In this document: one piece after another, positions 25,913-37,019 of the stretch | How positions within the stretch are numbered: the stretch's first letter is position 1 | Layout: each line of letters begins with the position of its first letter | Source of the DNA: Eledone cirrhosa | Lineage: Eukaryota | DNA: 64,000 nt | Direction: 5' to 3' | Assembly (NCBI GenBank): GCA_964016885.1 | Contig: OZ024743.1 | Span: forward strand, 366,668,001 to 366,732,000 | Notes under the pieces: model-generated | Database searches by the model: none | The model's input: only the letters and a program-made list of their open reading frames with translations | What the model was told of the DNA's origin: nothing | Program-made: the position numbers and the translations under genes

Positions 25913-27403
25913 CTGAAAATAAGTTATTTTAGAATTAATGAGGAGGAATACAATTTGAGTGGTTTATCAAATAATATTCCAATGCTATTGATATTGTTTG
26001 ATGAGGTATTTAGGTTGGCTAGCATGTTAAAAAGGAGGTCAATTGATGATATTTTTTTTTGCAATAAGACAGTCAGAAAAGAAACACTAACCCAAAACTT
26101 TAAAGGCCCAACAAAGTAGAATAGTTAAATGTCACCTTAGCCAAAAGTAGGATTTGAACTTAACTTGAGTTAGTGTCTGAGCAAATTAACATTACTATTT
26201 TGTTTTCAAACATATCATCAACTCTTAACAGCCTGTGCTGCCTGAAACTGCATTAGCAAGACATTCTTGAAAAATGCAAAACAGCACTATGACTATATCC
26301 CGTTAAAAATTAGTCTTTACTGACCCAACTAGTATCAGACCATAATAATCTTGTAAATCCAAACCAACATGGAAAGTGGCCATAAAATCAGGATACTGCA
26401 AATTTTCACAATGATCTGTTTACAAGTAACAATTCTATAAACATCTGAATTAAGAAACCTGTTTTTAGATATTTTCTGCTAGATCATTACAGAATGTTAA
26501 AAGTTAATAAAATTCAAATTTATTTCTAAATCTATTTTGTGTTAGAATATTCCTTGAGTCAGTTTTTATTTGGCATGTATTCTATGCCTCTACCACCAAC
26601 TACTTTACAATGTGAAGTGGGTCATTTTATTACAGCACCAATCAAAGAGGTTGTCATGCTATCAACAAGACTAAAGAGCTTGCTCTACCATTGACATCCA
26701 TCACTCTCCCATCAACAATCTCTCTCTCTCTCCCTTAACTCCCCCGTCTACTAACTCCACACTAGAATTAAGTCTGTCCCTCCCATCATACCCTTGAACC
26801 ACTTACCCACTCATTGCTCTTTCTTCTATTCCACTTCTTGGTTACGTTGCCTTGAATAAACGGAGACAACACATGGTAATGAGTATCCATTAATCTTGCA
26901 AGGTTCAAGGCAAACTCACTAGAGATAGTGCCACAATAAAATGCACTCAGTACATCCTGTAAAGTGGCTGACAATCAAATGAAGACAGTACAGGGTTGAC
27001 AGAGTGCTTTAGTCTTACTGAAGTCATAACCACATCCCAAGTAGTTTGTGCTACATTAAAATGCACTCAGTAGACTTTGTAAAATTATTAGTAAAGGCAT
27101 CCAGTTGTAGAAACCAAGACAAAATAGAACACATGAACTGTGCCTCTCTGACCCAACTAGCCTCAGACCATAATAATCTAACAAATCTATACCAGTATGG
27201 AAAGTGGCCGTAAAATGATGAATCTTGTGTATTTTACCAGAAGTTGGTTAGTGAGATGTTCAATATCTAATCTGAAGCATGGATGAACAACATGCAAAGA
27301 CGAATCAACTGATATCCTAAATATTATAGAAGTAAACTCCCTATATTGTATACATATTCTCAGAACCAATCTGTAAAAATATTTTGTAAGAACTATAACT
27401 CAC

Positions 27404-27513
27404 TTTTCAGAAGTAGGCTGAACATCATCAAATAGCAGAAAACGCTGTGTCTTCTTCAGAGCCGATGACATAAAATGGGGCACTGGAGATGATTGTTCTT
27501 TCTTTTCAGCAGA
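27404..27513 (-). CDS. RB1: RB1 exon (C-terminal extension)
   Basis: ttgttttgtaaag|...aa|gtgagt, 110 nt, phase 0-2. SAEKKEQSSPVPHFMSSALKKTQRFLLFDDVQPTSE. Confidence 0.78.
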
Positions 27514-27579
27514 CTTTACAAAACAATATATGGGGAATATTTAGTAACATTTAAAAAATTCCTTCAGAATGAAAAAAAC

Positions 27580-27800
27580 GTATAATTATCATTAAAAGAA
27601 AATATAATTATTATTAAAAATAAATACAATTATAATTAAAAGAAAGATTATCATTAAGAAATATATAATTATTTTTTTTAAATAGAATTATTATTAAAAG
27701 AAAATAATATCATTTAAAAGAAAGTGTGATTATCATTAATAAATATATAATTATTTAAAAAAATAAATATAATTATTATTAAAAGAAAATGTTATCCTTA
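27580..27800. repeat. AT-rich degenerate minisatellite in RB1 intron
   Basis: Repeated tataattattattaaaagaaa-like units. Confidence 0.6.
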
Positions 27801-27831
27801 AAAGTAAACAGAATGTTTACACAGTCCATAC

Positions 27832-27919
27832 CTCCTTTGCTGGTGTGGTACATACTCTCGGACTGACTGTGGACATTGGAGGTTTAAAAGAAGGATCTTT
27901 CCAAGTATTAGTTTCAGAT
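27832..27919 (-). CDS. RB1: RB1 exon (C-terminal extension with S/T-P sites)
   Basis: ttttttccag|...gag|gtatgg, 88 nt, phase 2-0, compatible with both neighbours. (R)SETNTWKDPSFKPPMSTVSPRVCTTPAKE. Confidence 0.8.
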
Positions 27920-28458
27920 CTGGAAAAAAATGTAATAATGATTTCTACAGATCTGGAAAAAGGTTTAATATAATAAGGAAGGTAACGATAAAAAACTTTT
28001 GAATGAATATTAGGGAGGAGACATCGGAAGGCTTTGCTAATTAAGCAATGTCATTTATTTTTATATATATATGAATGCATTGATAATATACTGTATGTTT
28101 AATTAAAAACATTTTGAACACCATTCGCTATGAATTTTAAAGTAGTGACTATGTTACTTACTTATTCTCGGCAAAAACAAAGGGGAGTAATCGACAGTCC
28201 TGTTTCTTGCTTGTTAGTGGTTATCAAGACTACTCACCCATTCACTTCTGCCGAGAATTATAGAAGCTAGATTCTTATAGAATTCTAGTAATGTTTAAGA
28301 ACTGATTAAACAGAGCGATTGCCGGTCCAGCAAAAGTTAGGTATTAGTACTAGTGCTCTGAAATAGCGATGTATATATGAATGTATGTATAGTATATTTG
28401 ATAATATACTGTATGTTTAATTACAACCTGGGCATATATACATATACACAATTCCTAC

Positions 28459-28604
28459 CTGTTGGCAGAAGCATCCATCCCATCACGTGGCCATTTAGCT
28501 GTGTTTCTTGTGGAATCATTGTCTAAGTTGTCAAACTGCAGACGTTTCTGAGCTCGACTTTGAGCAATTGTGTCATTGATATTACGTAATAATTTCTCAG
28601 CAGA
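28459..28604 (-). CDS. RB1: RB1 exon (RbC core and cyclin/PP1 docking motif)
   Basis: ttacttgttag|...cag|gtagga, 146 nt, phase 0-2. SAEKLLRNINDTIAQSRAQKRLQFDNLDNDSTRNTAKWPRDGMDASAN resembles TSEKFQKINQMV...KPLKKLRFD. Confidence 0.9.
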
Positions 28605-29019
28605 CTAACAAGTAAATAAAAGAAATAATTACTTTTGTTGTTTCTTTTGAGACAATGTAAAACTTTGTAAAATGAAAGACTTGATTGAAAAATAGAGAAA
28701 AGCAAGTATATACATGTTGAAAAGAGAAGAATTTTAAACCAAAGAACTACAGTATTAATTTGAACAGTCAATCATTTTAATGCAATTTTATTTATATATC
28801 TTTAAGGGTGGTAATGAAGGCTTAAGGCTTGGGATAGATGAAAAAAAAAATGCTAAAAAGAAAAAATGGAGTTATCAGATAGAACTTTTTAATTATTATT
28901 TCAGAACAGAATAGAGTTTACAACTGGAAAGTTCTTCTCAAACATACAAATCTAAGCAAGGTGTTTTTTAGAAGTTGGGCAATTGCTCATTTATGCACTG
29001 ATGATATCCAAGGGAAAGG

Positions 29020-29260
29020 CAAAGGCTAATTCAACTTGGCACCATTGTCATCACAGGTGAATGACTCCTCCTGAACAGGGTGCGAGTCCATCACAGGATT
29101 AACCCCCAATTGCTACTTGTTCTCATTTTTACCTGCTGAGTGAACTGAAGCAACATGAAATAACGTGTCTTGCTCAAGAACAATATGCTGTCTGGTCCAG
29201 AAATGAAACTCATGATTTTATGAACACTAGCCCAACACCCTAACTACCAGGCCAGATGCC
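29020..29260 (-). mobile_element. Degenerate tRNA-SINE
   Basis: Reverse complement of the core (gtgtcttgctcaagaaca) and B box (gaactcatga). Confidence 0.6.
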
Positions 29261-29749
29261 ATCACTAATTATTTCAATCATTGGTTGTCATGTGGACATT
29301 TTTGTTAGAACATTAGAACTGAAATATCTGTATTATATTTGGAACTAGTGGACCAGTTATCATCATCATCATCACCGTTTTACATCTGTTCTTCCACGCT
29401 AGCATGGGTTAGACGGGTTGTCCTGTTGTGGGCAGTGTCCAGTCGGCTGACCTTGTCTTGCTCATATGGGAACTGATTCTGGCTTGATTCTACAGCTGGA
29501 TGCCCTTTCTAACACCAACCTCATTACCAGTGCTGTCAATAATTATGAACATATTTAATTTTGCCATATATACTAAGATTACCAAATATATAAACACTCG
29601 TACAAACTGGGAAATTTGCATTTTGTTTAATTAATGATTTACATAAGCGAAATCCTATAGTTGATTACTGACACGTGGAAATGATTAAAGATAACAATGA
29701 TATTTCAATAATTTAGTTCATGGAAATATTTATATAGTGAGAGAGAAAG

Positions 29750-30000
29750 AGAACATAGTAAGGAGGAGGGGGAGACAGAATATAGTATAGTGGGAGAAAT
29801 AGGATATAGTATGGTAGAGTGGAAACAAACAGAATATAGTATGGGAGAGGATATAGTATGGGAGAGGACATAGTATGGTGGTGAGTGATTAGGACATAGT
29901 ACAGTGGAGGAACATAGTATGGAGGAGGGAATAGGACATAGTATAGTGGGTGGAATAGGACAGTATGGTGAATGATAGGACCAGAGTATAGTGTGGTGGA
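29750..30000. repeat. Purine-rich degenerate minisatellite
   Basis: Repeated (ag)gacatagtat(gg)/gaatatagtat units. Confidence 0.75.
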
Positions 30001-30857
30001 GGAGAAACACAATTATGATGGTGGGAGGAGGTTGGAACAGCACTGTATAACATTTTTATCATATATCACATTTTGTGAACAACAGTGTCATGAGTTAGAG
30101 GTGTTCAATGCACAAGATCACTCCTTCAGTGCATCCATGGAGACAGGAGTGACAATGGCATACATGCAGAACCTGAACAGAACAAATACCATAAGGTGTA
30201 TTTGTTTGACAGTAGTGGTTTCATCATATCATCATCATTTAACCCTTTAGCATTACTCTATATTTACTATTATATTTTCATGGTAAAGGCTTTATCAGAC
30301 AATTATCTCACATAATATTGAATCTATGAGATTTTGATATTATTTATTTTGCAAACAATACCTTAACATCAGTATGAGTGGCTAGTTACAGCCAGTTTGA
30401 ACAGAAAGGGTGAGAGAATTCTGGTCGGATACAGCCGCTTTAAATGCTAAAGGGTTAACATCCACTTTCCCAGCTAGCAAGGGTTGGATATGTCTTCATA
30501 GACCAAGTCAATACCGAAGCGGGGCTACTGACCTTCCAGATAGGCCGGAGGTTTGTATCTCGCTTACATACAGTTCTACATTCTACTGAGTGCATTTTAT
30601 CGTGTCAGCAACACTAGAGAGGTTGTCATGTCTTTGACACAACTGAAGGGTCCTCCCAACCCTTTGTTTGGCAAGCTTTCTACAGCTGGATGCCTTTCCT
30701 ATCACCAACCTGTTTACAGCATTTACTACATGCATTTATCATGTAGGTCCCTAACACTAGGGGATCTGTCGTGTCCTTAACACAACTGAAGGTTTCTCAT
30801 TTATTTTTTGCTTTTTTTATTGTTTTTTTTTTACAGTTTACATATGATTAGATAATA

Positions 30858-31485
30858 TCTATATATCTAAAACAGAGAATGTCTGTCTGTCTGTCTGACT
30901 CCCTAAAACTTGAGAACCACCCAAACGATTGTTTTCAAACTTTACACATGTAATATTTATGGTCCTATGAGTATTTTGAGAAAAATTATTTCAAATTGTC
31001 AATGCCCTAGGGACCGCATTAGGCGATTTAGCGATCTATCTCTATAATTCTTAGTCTTTCTTTTTAGATAGATACATAGATATAACGCTGCGCCCTTATA
31101 ATATCTGTCTGTATGTCTGGCTGTCTGCATTACAACATTATGACGCTCTGTGTGTGTGTGCATATATATGTATATATAGTATGTAATGTTTTATATATAG
31201 TGTGTAACGTTTTTTGAAATATTTACTTCTGCATTCAAAGATTGATTTTTTTAGTTTCAGAAGATCCCGTTAAGGGTGAAAGCAGCGATTCTTTGCTTAA
31301 ACTTTAATCTGTTATTTTTTATATATATATATATAATTATATATTCGTGTACAGATATTTTGGCATACACAATAACAAAATATAAACAAACGTCTTTATT
31401 TCACGAGGCTCGATAAGGTTAAATATATATCAAATATATAAGAACCCTAGAGCAAATCCCGAGCAATGCCGGGCCATTCTGCTAG
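30858..31485 (+). mobile_element. Non-autonomous Helitron
   Basis: A|TC 5' end (tctatatatctaaaa..(tctg)n), subterminal hairpin cccgagcaatgccggg (31458-31473) and CTAG|T 3' end; no TSD. Confidence 0.85.
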
Positions 31486-31756
31486 TCATTCATAAAAGAT
31501 GAAATTGGTGGTAAAATGGAGAAATACTACAATAGAAAAGTATATAAAAATTACCTTGGGATTGGCACAGGGCATAAGTAGAAACGGTAGAATGCAGAAT
31601 AAGATGATAAAATAAACTATGATTACCAGAATACATAAATTGTGGTGAATTGTAATTATTAGGAAAAGAAAGGTGACTTCGAAAGATGTTATAATGGAGA
31701 AGATGAAGTGAGTAATATGTTGTATGTTATTAATACAGTAAACAAATGCTCCTTAC

Positions 31757-31871
31757 CCCTACTCCTTCTACAAAACAGTACAACTGATCTGTCCTTGGAG
31801 TTAGCTGACCTTGTGTCTTGAGCAGTGGACTTTTAGCGTATGACACATGAATGTTCTTCTTGCCTGCAACA
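31757..31871 (-). CDS. RB1: RB1 exon (C-terminal domain)
   Basis: ttttttttaaatcccag|...ggg|gtaagg, 115 nt, phase 2-0. (S)VAGKKNIHVSYAKSPLLKTQGQLTPRTDQLYCFVEGVG resembles GGNIYISPLKSP...MTPRSRILVSIGESFG. Confidence 0.9.
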
Positions 31872-31974
31872 CTGGGATTTAAAAAAAAGAAACATAATTA
31901 AAACCAAAATATAAAATTATATTACCAGGATTAGAAGAGCTGATAGAAAATGGATGTAACAATATTGATTATAA

Positions 31975-32160
31975 TTTAGGCACAAAGCCAGTATATTTGG
32001 GGGATTGCAAACTTGATTAAATCAACCTCAGTACTTTATTTTGGAAGGATGAAAGGCAAAGTTGACCTGGGTGGGATCTGAAATCAGAATGTAAAGAACC
32101 ACAACAAATACCACAATGACATTGCATCCGATGCTCTACCAATTCTGCCAATCCACCATA
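31975..32160 (-). mobile_element. tRNA-SINE (gactttgcctttcatcc core family)
   Basis: ggatgaaaggcaaagttgacc...attctgccaatccacc, homologous to 34837-35016. Confidence 0.75.
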
Positions 32161-32329
32161 CTCAATGGATGGAACAATATTAAGGATGTAAACTAGAAGA
32201 CTTATACAGATTAATCGACTGCCAATTATTTATAATGTAATGATGCATTGTGATATGAAAATGTCTTCATATTTTTAATTGCCTTACTATACTGGTGCTA
32301 TTTTGGATGACTGATCTCTCTGTTAGGTT

Positions 32330-33280
32330 TACTTGAGGCAGACTATCTTCCTCCCATGCATTCTCCTCATTCAACAGTCTCTTAAATACATACATATAAG
32401 GCCTATATATGGAATGAGATCTCCTGGATGCATAACAGATGCAGCAAAGGTAGCAACAAACATACCCACATGGTGGAATTCCAGAATGTTCTCACTGAGA
32501 ACAGCTACTCAACTTCTCTCACCAAATGCCAAATTACCAATAGAGTACCACTTAAAAGAAGAACATGTGCTGTCAGAGCTAGTATATGCCACCTAAAGCT
32601 GCTACAGTTCAATGAGATGATCGCTGCGATTCATAGGAAAGGCCTGAATAAACAGCTAGCACCTTCATTGAGGAGAGTACTCTACAAACACTGACCTGCA
32701 TACAGCAATATGTGCACACTTCCTATCTGTCCCATCAACACAGAAGTGTGCATCAGAGGGTATGTAGTCTACAAAGTCTCATGTAAACAACATAGCTCCT
32801 TATACATTGGAAGTACTGTGTAGAAGCTGCACATACAGATCAAGGAGCACATGATGATAAGAGCTTCTGTCAAAAAACAGATGCTGCAGTCAAGACATTG
32901 AGGTCACCATAGAGGTGATGGAAGGGAGTGTGTGAAATTTAAGAATCAAAGAGGCTCTAATCATTCACACTCAAAAGCCACAAATAAATAATAGATTGGA
33001 AATGCATAGAGCAGAGTGGCTACTATAACTGCTCCACACATGTGTATCCTAGACACTTAGACCAGTTAGGGAAGAACACATCAATTGTTCATTTTGTTTT
33101 GAACCATTTTTATTTTTACATTTGAAAATATTATACTGAAATATACTGGGTAAAAAAAAATATTACTTTGTTTTGTAATATTTGTCATCTTTTGCCCTTT
33201 GTATATTTCTACTACATTGTCCCAGGTATCTGAAACTACAATCATTTATTACATATCTCACAATGCTTCATATTAACTAT
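32330..33280 (+). mobile_element. Degraded Penelope-like element 3' part (GIY-YIG endonuclease)
   Basis: C-x4-C, then YVVYKVSC..LYIGSTV*KLHIQIKEH and LRIKEALIIHTQKPQINNR. The 3' non-coding part recurs at about 42875-43145. Confidence 0.8.
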
Positions 33281-33775
33281 ACTACTTTATATATATATAT
33301 ATAAGAGAAACTGGGTTTAAGAGGAATCAGAAGTGATGTGCAAGAGAGAAGACTGTATTGGTACAGACATGTGATGTGCATAGATAATAATCGCTAGATG
33401 CAGAAGTGCCAAGAAATAAATGTTGTGAGAGGCCAGAGGCTACAGTGTTTGATGATTAAACGAGACAATATAGAGTCTGGTTGATCATGTATGTGACAAC
33501 ATCTCTAATGCTGGTGCAATGATAAAAGGCACCCAGTCCACTCTGTAAAGTGATATTGCTGGGACCATGAAAAAAGTACCCAATACTCTCTGTAGAGCAG
33601 TTGGTGATAGGAAGGGTATCCGACCATAGAAACTATGCCAAATATAGAGCATATGAGTAAGACACGATCACCTCAGAATGTGACTATACATCTAATCCAT
33701 GCCAGCAAGGAAAGCAGACATAAAATGATGATGATGATAAATAAATCAATAGATTATGAAGGGCATGATATTTAC

Positions 33776-33831
33776 CTGAAACCTGGTGAAGAGGGAACAC
33801 ATGACTTTGGTGTAGAAGAGAGAGGTGGAGT
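33776..33831 (-). CDS. RB1: RB1 exon (start of C-terminal CDK-site region)
   Basis: acttttcag|...cag|gtaaat, 56 nt, phase 0-2. TPPLSSTPKSCVPSSPGF resembles human PPTLSPIP...SSPLR. Confidence 0.85.
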
Positions 33832-33956
33832 CTGAAAAGTATGATAAGATATTAGAAAATTAACATTAAAAGTGCAAAATGTTTAAAGTATTATTCAGAA
33901 CACTTTATACCTGGATTTTATCTCATACACACGCGCACACACACATATATATATAA

Positions 33957-34760
33957 ATGAAAGGCAGACTGTATGATGCCTGCATACGAACAGCAATGTT
34001 ACATGACAGTGAGACATAGGCATTGTGTGCAGAGGAGCTGCACAGACTGGAGAGGAACGAAACATGCATGCTCTGCTGGATGTGTAATAGTAATATACGT
34101 GAACAGCAAAGCATAAATGAACTAAGTGAGAAATTAGGAATAAGAGGGATCAGATGGTGTTTACGCGAGAGAAGACTACGTTGGTATGGTCACGTGATGC
34201 GCATGAAAGACGACAGCTGTATAAAAAAGTGCAGGGCGATCAAAATTGATGCAAGTTACGGAAGAGGCAGACACAGAAAAACGTGGGACGATTTGATAAA
34301 TTCCGACCTTACACACCTGCACCTCTCTAAGACAATGTCACTGGCCCGAGATCTTTGGCGCTACGCAGTAATACAGAAAACCCGCCTTGCCTAAGTACAA
34401 AGCGAAACTTACAGTCAGTAGGCACCTCTTAATCAAATATACACCCCCATCCCACTACCCCACCACCCCTTTCTCTGTAAAGTTATGTTGGTACAACATC
34501 CAGTCCTAAACAAATGAGGTTGTGTAGGTGTCATGACAAAAAAACACACAGTCCACGCTGTAATGTGGCCGTGTAGGCAACACGGTAAAAACCTCCCAGT
34601 CCCACACTGTAAACGTGGTTGGTGTTAGGAAGGGCATCCAGCCGTAGAAAACCTGCCAGACAGTCCTATACGAGCGAGACAACCAATCTTGCCTCACGTG
34701 GGACAATTGCCATCTAACCCATGCTAGCGTGGAAGATAGACGTTAAACGATGATGATGAT
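33957..34760 (+). mobile_element. RTE LINE 3' fragment
   Basis: RLRWYGHVMRMKDDSCIKKC ORF remnant, 3' UTR and gatgat tail. Confidence 0.9.
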
Positions 34761-34836
34761 GAGACGAGGTATGTTCAATAAGTAATGAGAAAATTTCAAG
34801 AGAGACATCATTTATTTTCATAAACTTCAAAATAAT

Positions 34837-35016
34837 TGTTTCTACTTTAGGCACAAGGCCAGCAATTACGCAGTGCATTACTGGTACTTTATATTATTTA
34901 CCCCGTAAGGATGAAAGGCAAAGTCAACCTCGGCGGGATTTGAACTCAGACCGTAAAGGGACGTAACTATGCTGGAAAGCATGGCGTCCGACCCTCTACC
35001 AATACTGCCAATCCAC
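34837..35016 (-). mobile_element. tRNA-SINE with 12-bp TSD
   Basis: A box tggcagtattgg and B box gagttcaaatcc. TSD cttcaaaataat at 34825-34836 and 35017-35028. Another copy at about 45305-45478. Confidence 0.88.
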
Positions 35017-36092
35017 CTTCAAAATAATAACCTCAAATATCTACACACTAGCACAAACCTCCTCCCAGTCCTTCCAGTTCTTCTGCAGTTCCATCAGAAA
35101 ATTTGATGATACCTCCTTCAGCTCCTGTATTAACTGGAATCTGATTCCCCGGAGGCTATTTTTCTTGTGTGGGAACAAGGAGAAATTAGGAGCCATGTTA
35201 GGGTTGTAGGGTGAGTGTTGAACCACTTTCATTCCTTTGTTGGTCATCTAAGTAGTCACCAGCATTGACTTGTGGCATGGGGCATTGTCCTCGTGGAACC
35301 ACCACTCTCCACTGCTGTGGCCTCTTCTTCCTCATCCTCTCCCTGAACCATTTCAGGACTTCAAGGTAAAACTCCTTATTGACGGTTTGGCTCTCAGGAA
35401 CCCTTCTAACATGAATTATCCCCTGGGAGTCAAAGAAAGGAATGACCATGGCCTTCTCTTGCAACCTGCTCATCTTTTTCCTAAGAAAGAACACATGCTT
35501 CCACTAAGCACTCTGACGTTTGCTCTCAAGGTCATAGGTGAATACCCAACTATCACAGAGAATGTCAGTGCAACATTCCATATGAAACTGTCTCAGGTCG
35601 TCGAAAAGGATGTTAGGTATGAACTTGGCACAGACTTTGTGGAGCTCCAGATTTTTGGTCAGAATTGTCTCCTCTATACCAATTCTAATATCAACAGCTT
35701 CAGATATCATCCTAACATTAGCTCAATGGTCTTACATCACTAACCTTCGCACATCTTCAATGTTTTCCTCCTTTCGTGCACTGTTCGGTGATCCAGGTTT
35801 GCATTCATCCTGAACCTGGTCATTTCCTTCAGAAAATTGTTTAAACCATCTGTAGAAACTTGCTTGGCTCATCAATTCACCCCCATATGCTTCCTCTAAC
35901 ATTCCATAGGCTTCTTGTTTAGTTTTCTTAAGTTTAACACAAAATCTGATTGCATAACATCACTCCATGTTTACCTGCATGTTGCCACATGTTGACAGAT
36001 TAGCGAATCAGATCACACTGGTTACACCACATATGCCACTGCACTCCAACCTTGGCAGATAGGGAGTTGCCAGTTAGTCAATAATATACTGT

Positions 36093-36423
36093 AGGCACAT
36101 GGCTTAGTGGTTAGAGCATTGGCCTTGCAATCGAAAGGTTGTGAGTTCAATTCTCAGACCGGGTGATGTGTTGTTTCCTTGAGCAAGACACTTTATTTCA
36201 CATTGCTCCAGTTTACTCAGCTGGAGAAATGAGATGATAGGGACTGGGGTCCATATCATTCCACTGCAAAGTGGTCGTGGAGGTGCCACGGCAAAAAAGC
36301 ACCCAGCACTCACTGTAAATGAGGTTGGCGTTAGGAAGGGCATCCAGCTGTAGAAATCAAGCCAGAATTAGTTCCCATCCCACCCTTGCAAGCAGGGAAA
36401 AGCGGACGTAAAATGATGATGAT
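36093..36423 (+). mobile_element. tRNA-SINE with RTE tail and 8-bp TSD
   Basis: Near-identical to 4659-5007; TSD atactgta. Confidence 0.9.
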
Positions 36424-36511
36424 ACTGTATGTTAGTCTACTTCCAAATGAAGTAACATTCTAATTGAATGACATTTAATGCCTCTCCTGAAATTTTCTCA
36501 TTCCTTTCCTT

Positions 36512-36546
<35 letters not shown>

Positions 36547-37019
36547 TATAGTTATATAAATATATATATAGTTATATAAATATATATAGTTATATAAATA
36601 TATATATACATATATATATGTACACTAGTGAGTAACAATTGCATGCTTTATTTATTTATTTATTTTCACCAGTTTTAGTCATTAGACTGAGTCCATCTGA
36701 AGGGATTTTAGTCAATCATATCAAACTCCAGTACTTATTATCTTTTTAAAGTTTCATTTTGTGAAACTGCTAAGCTGCAAGACATAAACACAGACACAAT
36801 CATAAACAAATACGGACACACAAACAGAGACAGACAGACAGACATACACACACACACACACACAGAAAGAGAGAGAGAAACCATATCAAAATAAAACATG
36901 GGTGAGACAGTCACTTGACATGTCTGGCCTCAGAACATGTCAACTTGGTTAACCCATAGAAGCATGGAAAATAGATGTAAAATTGTGATGATGATGATGA
37001 TGAATATATATATATTCTC

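Larger units (their letters stand above)
34763..36510 (-). mobile_element. Defective mariner transposon with two nested SINEs
   Basis: Transposase fragments KVCAKFIP, SWVFTYD, FFDSQGII, TVNKEFY, EDNAPCH and HSPYNPNMAP. Inverted ends aatgagaaaatttcaagagagacat (about 34784) and atgcctctcctgaaattttctcatt (about 36478). Confidence 0.9.

Noticed and set aside
31555-31756. Extension of the RB1 exon to the downstream donor aag|gtaatt
   Set aside because: The donor at 31756 already matches the conserved phase-0 boundary, and the extension has no RB similarity.
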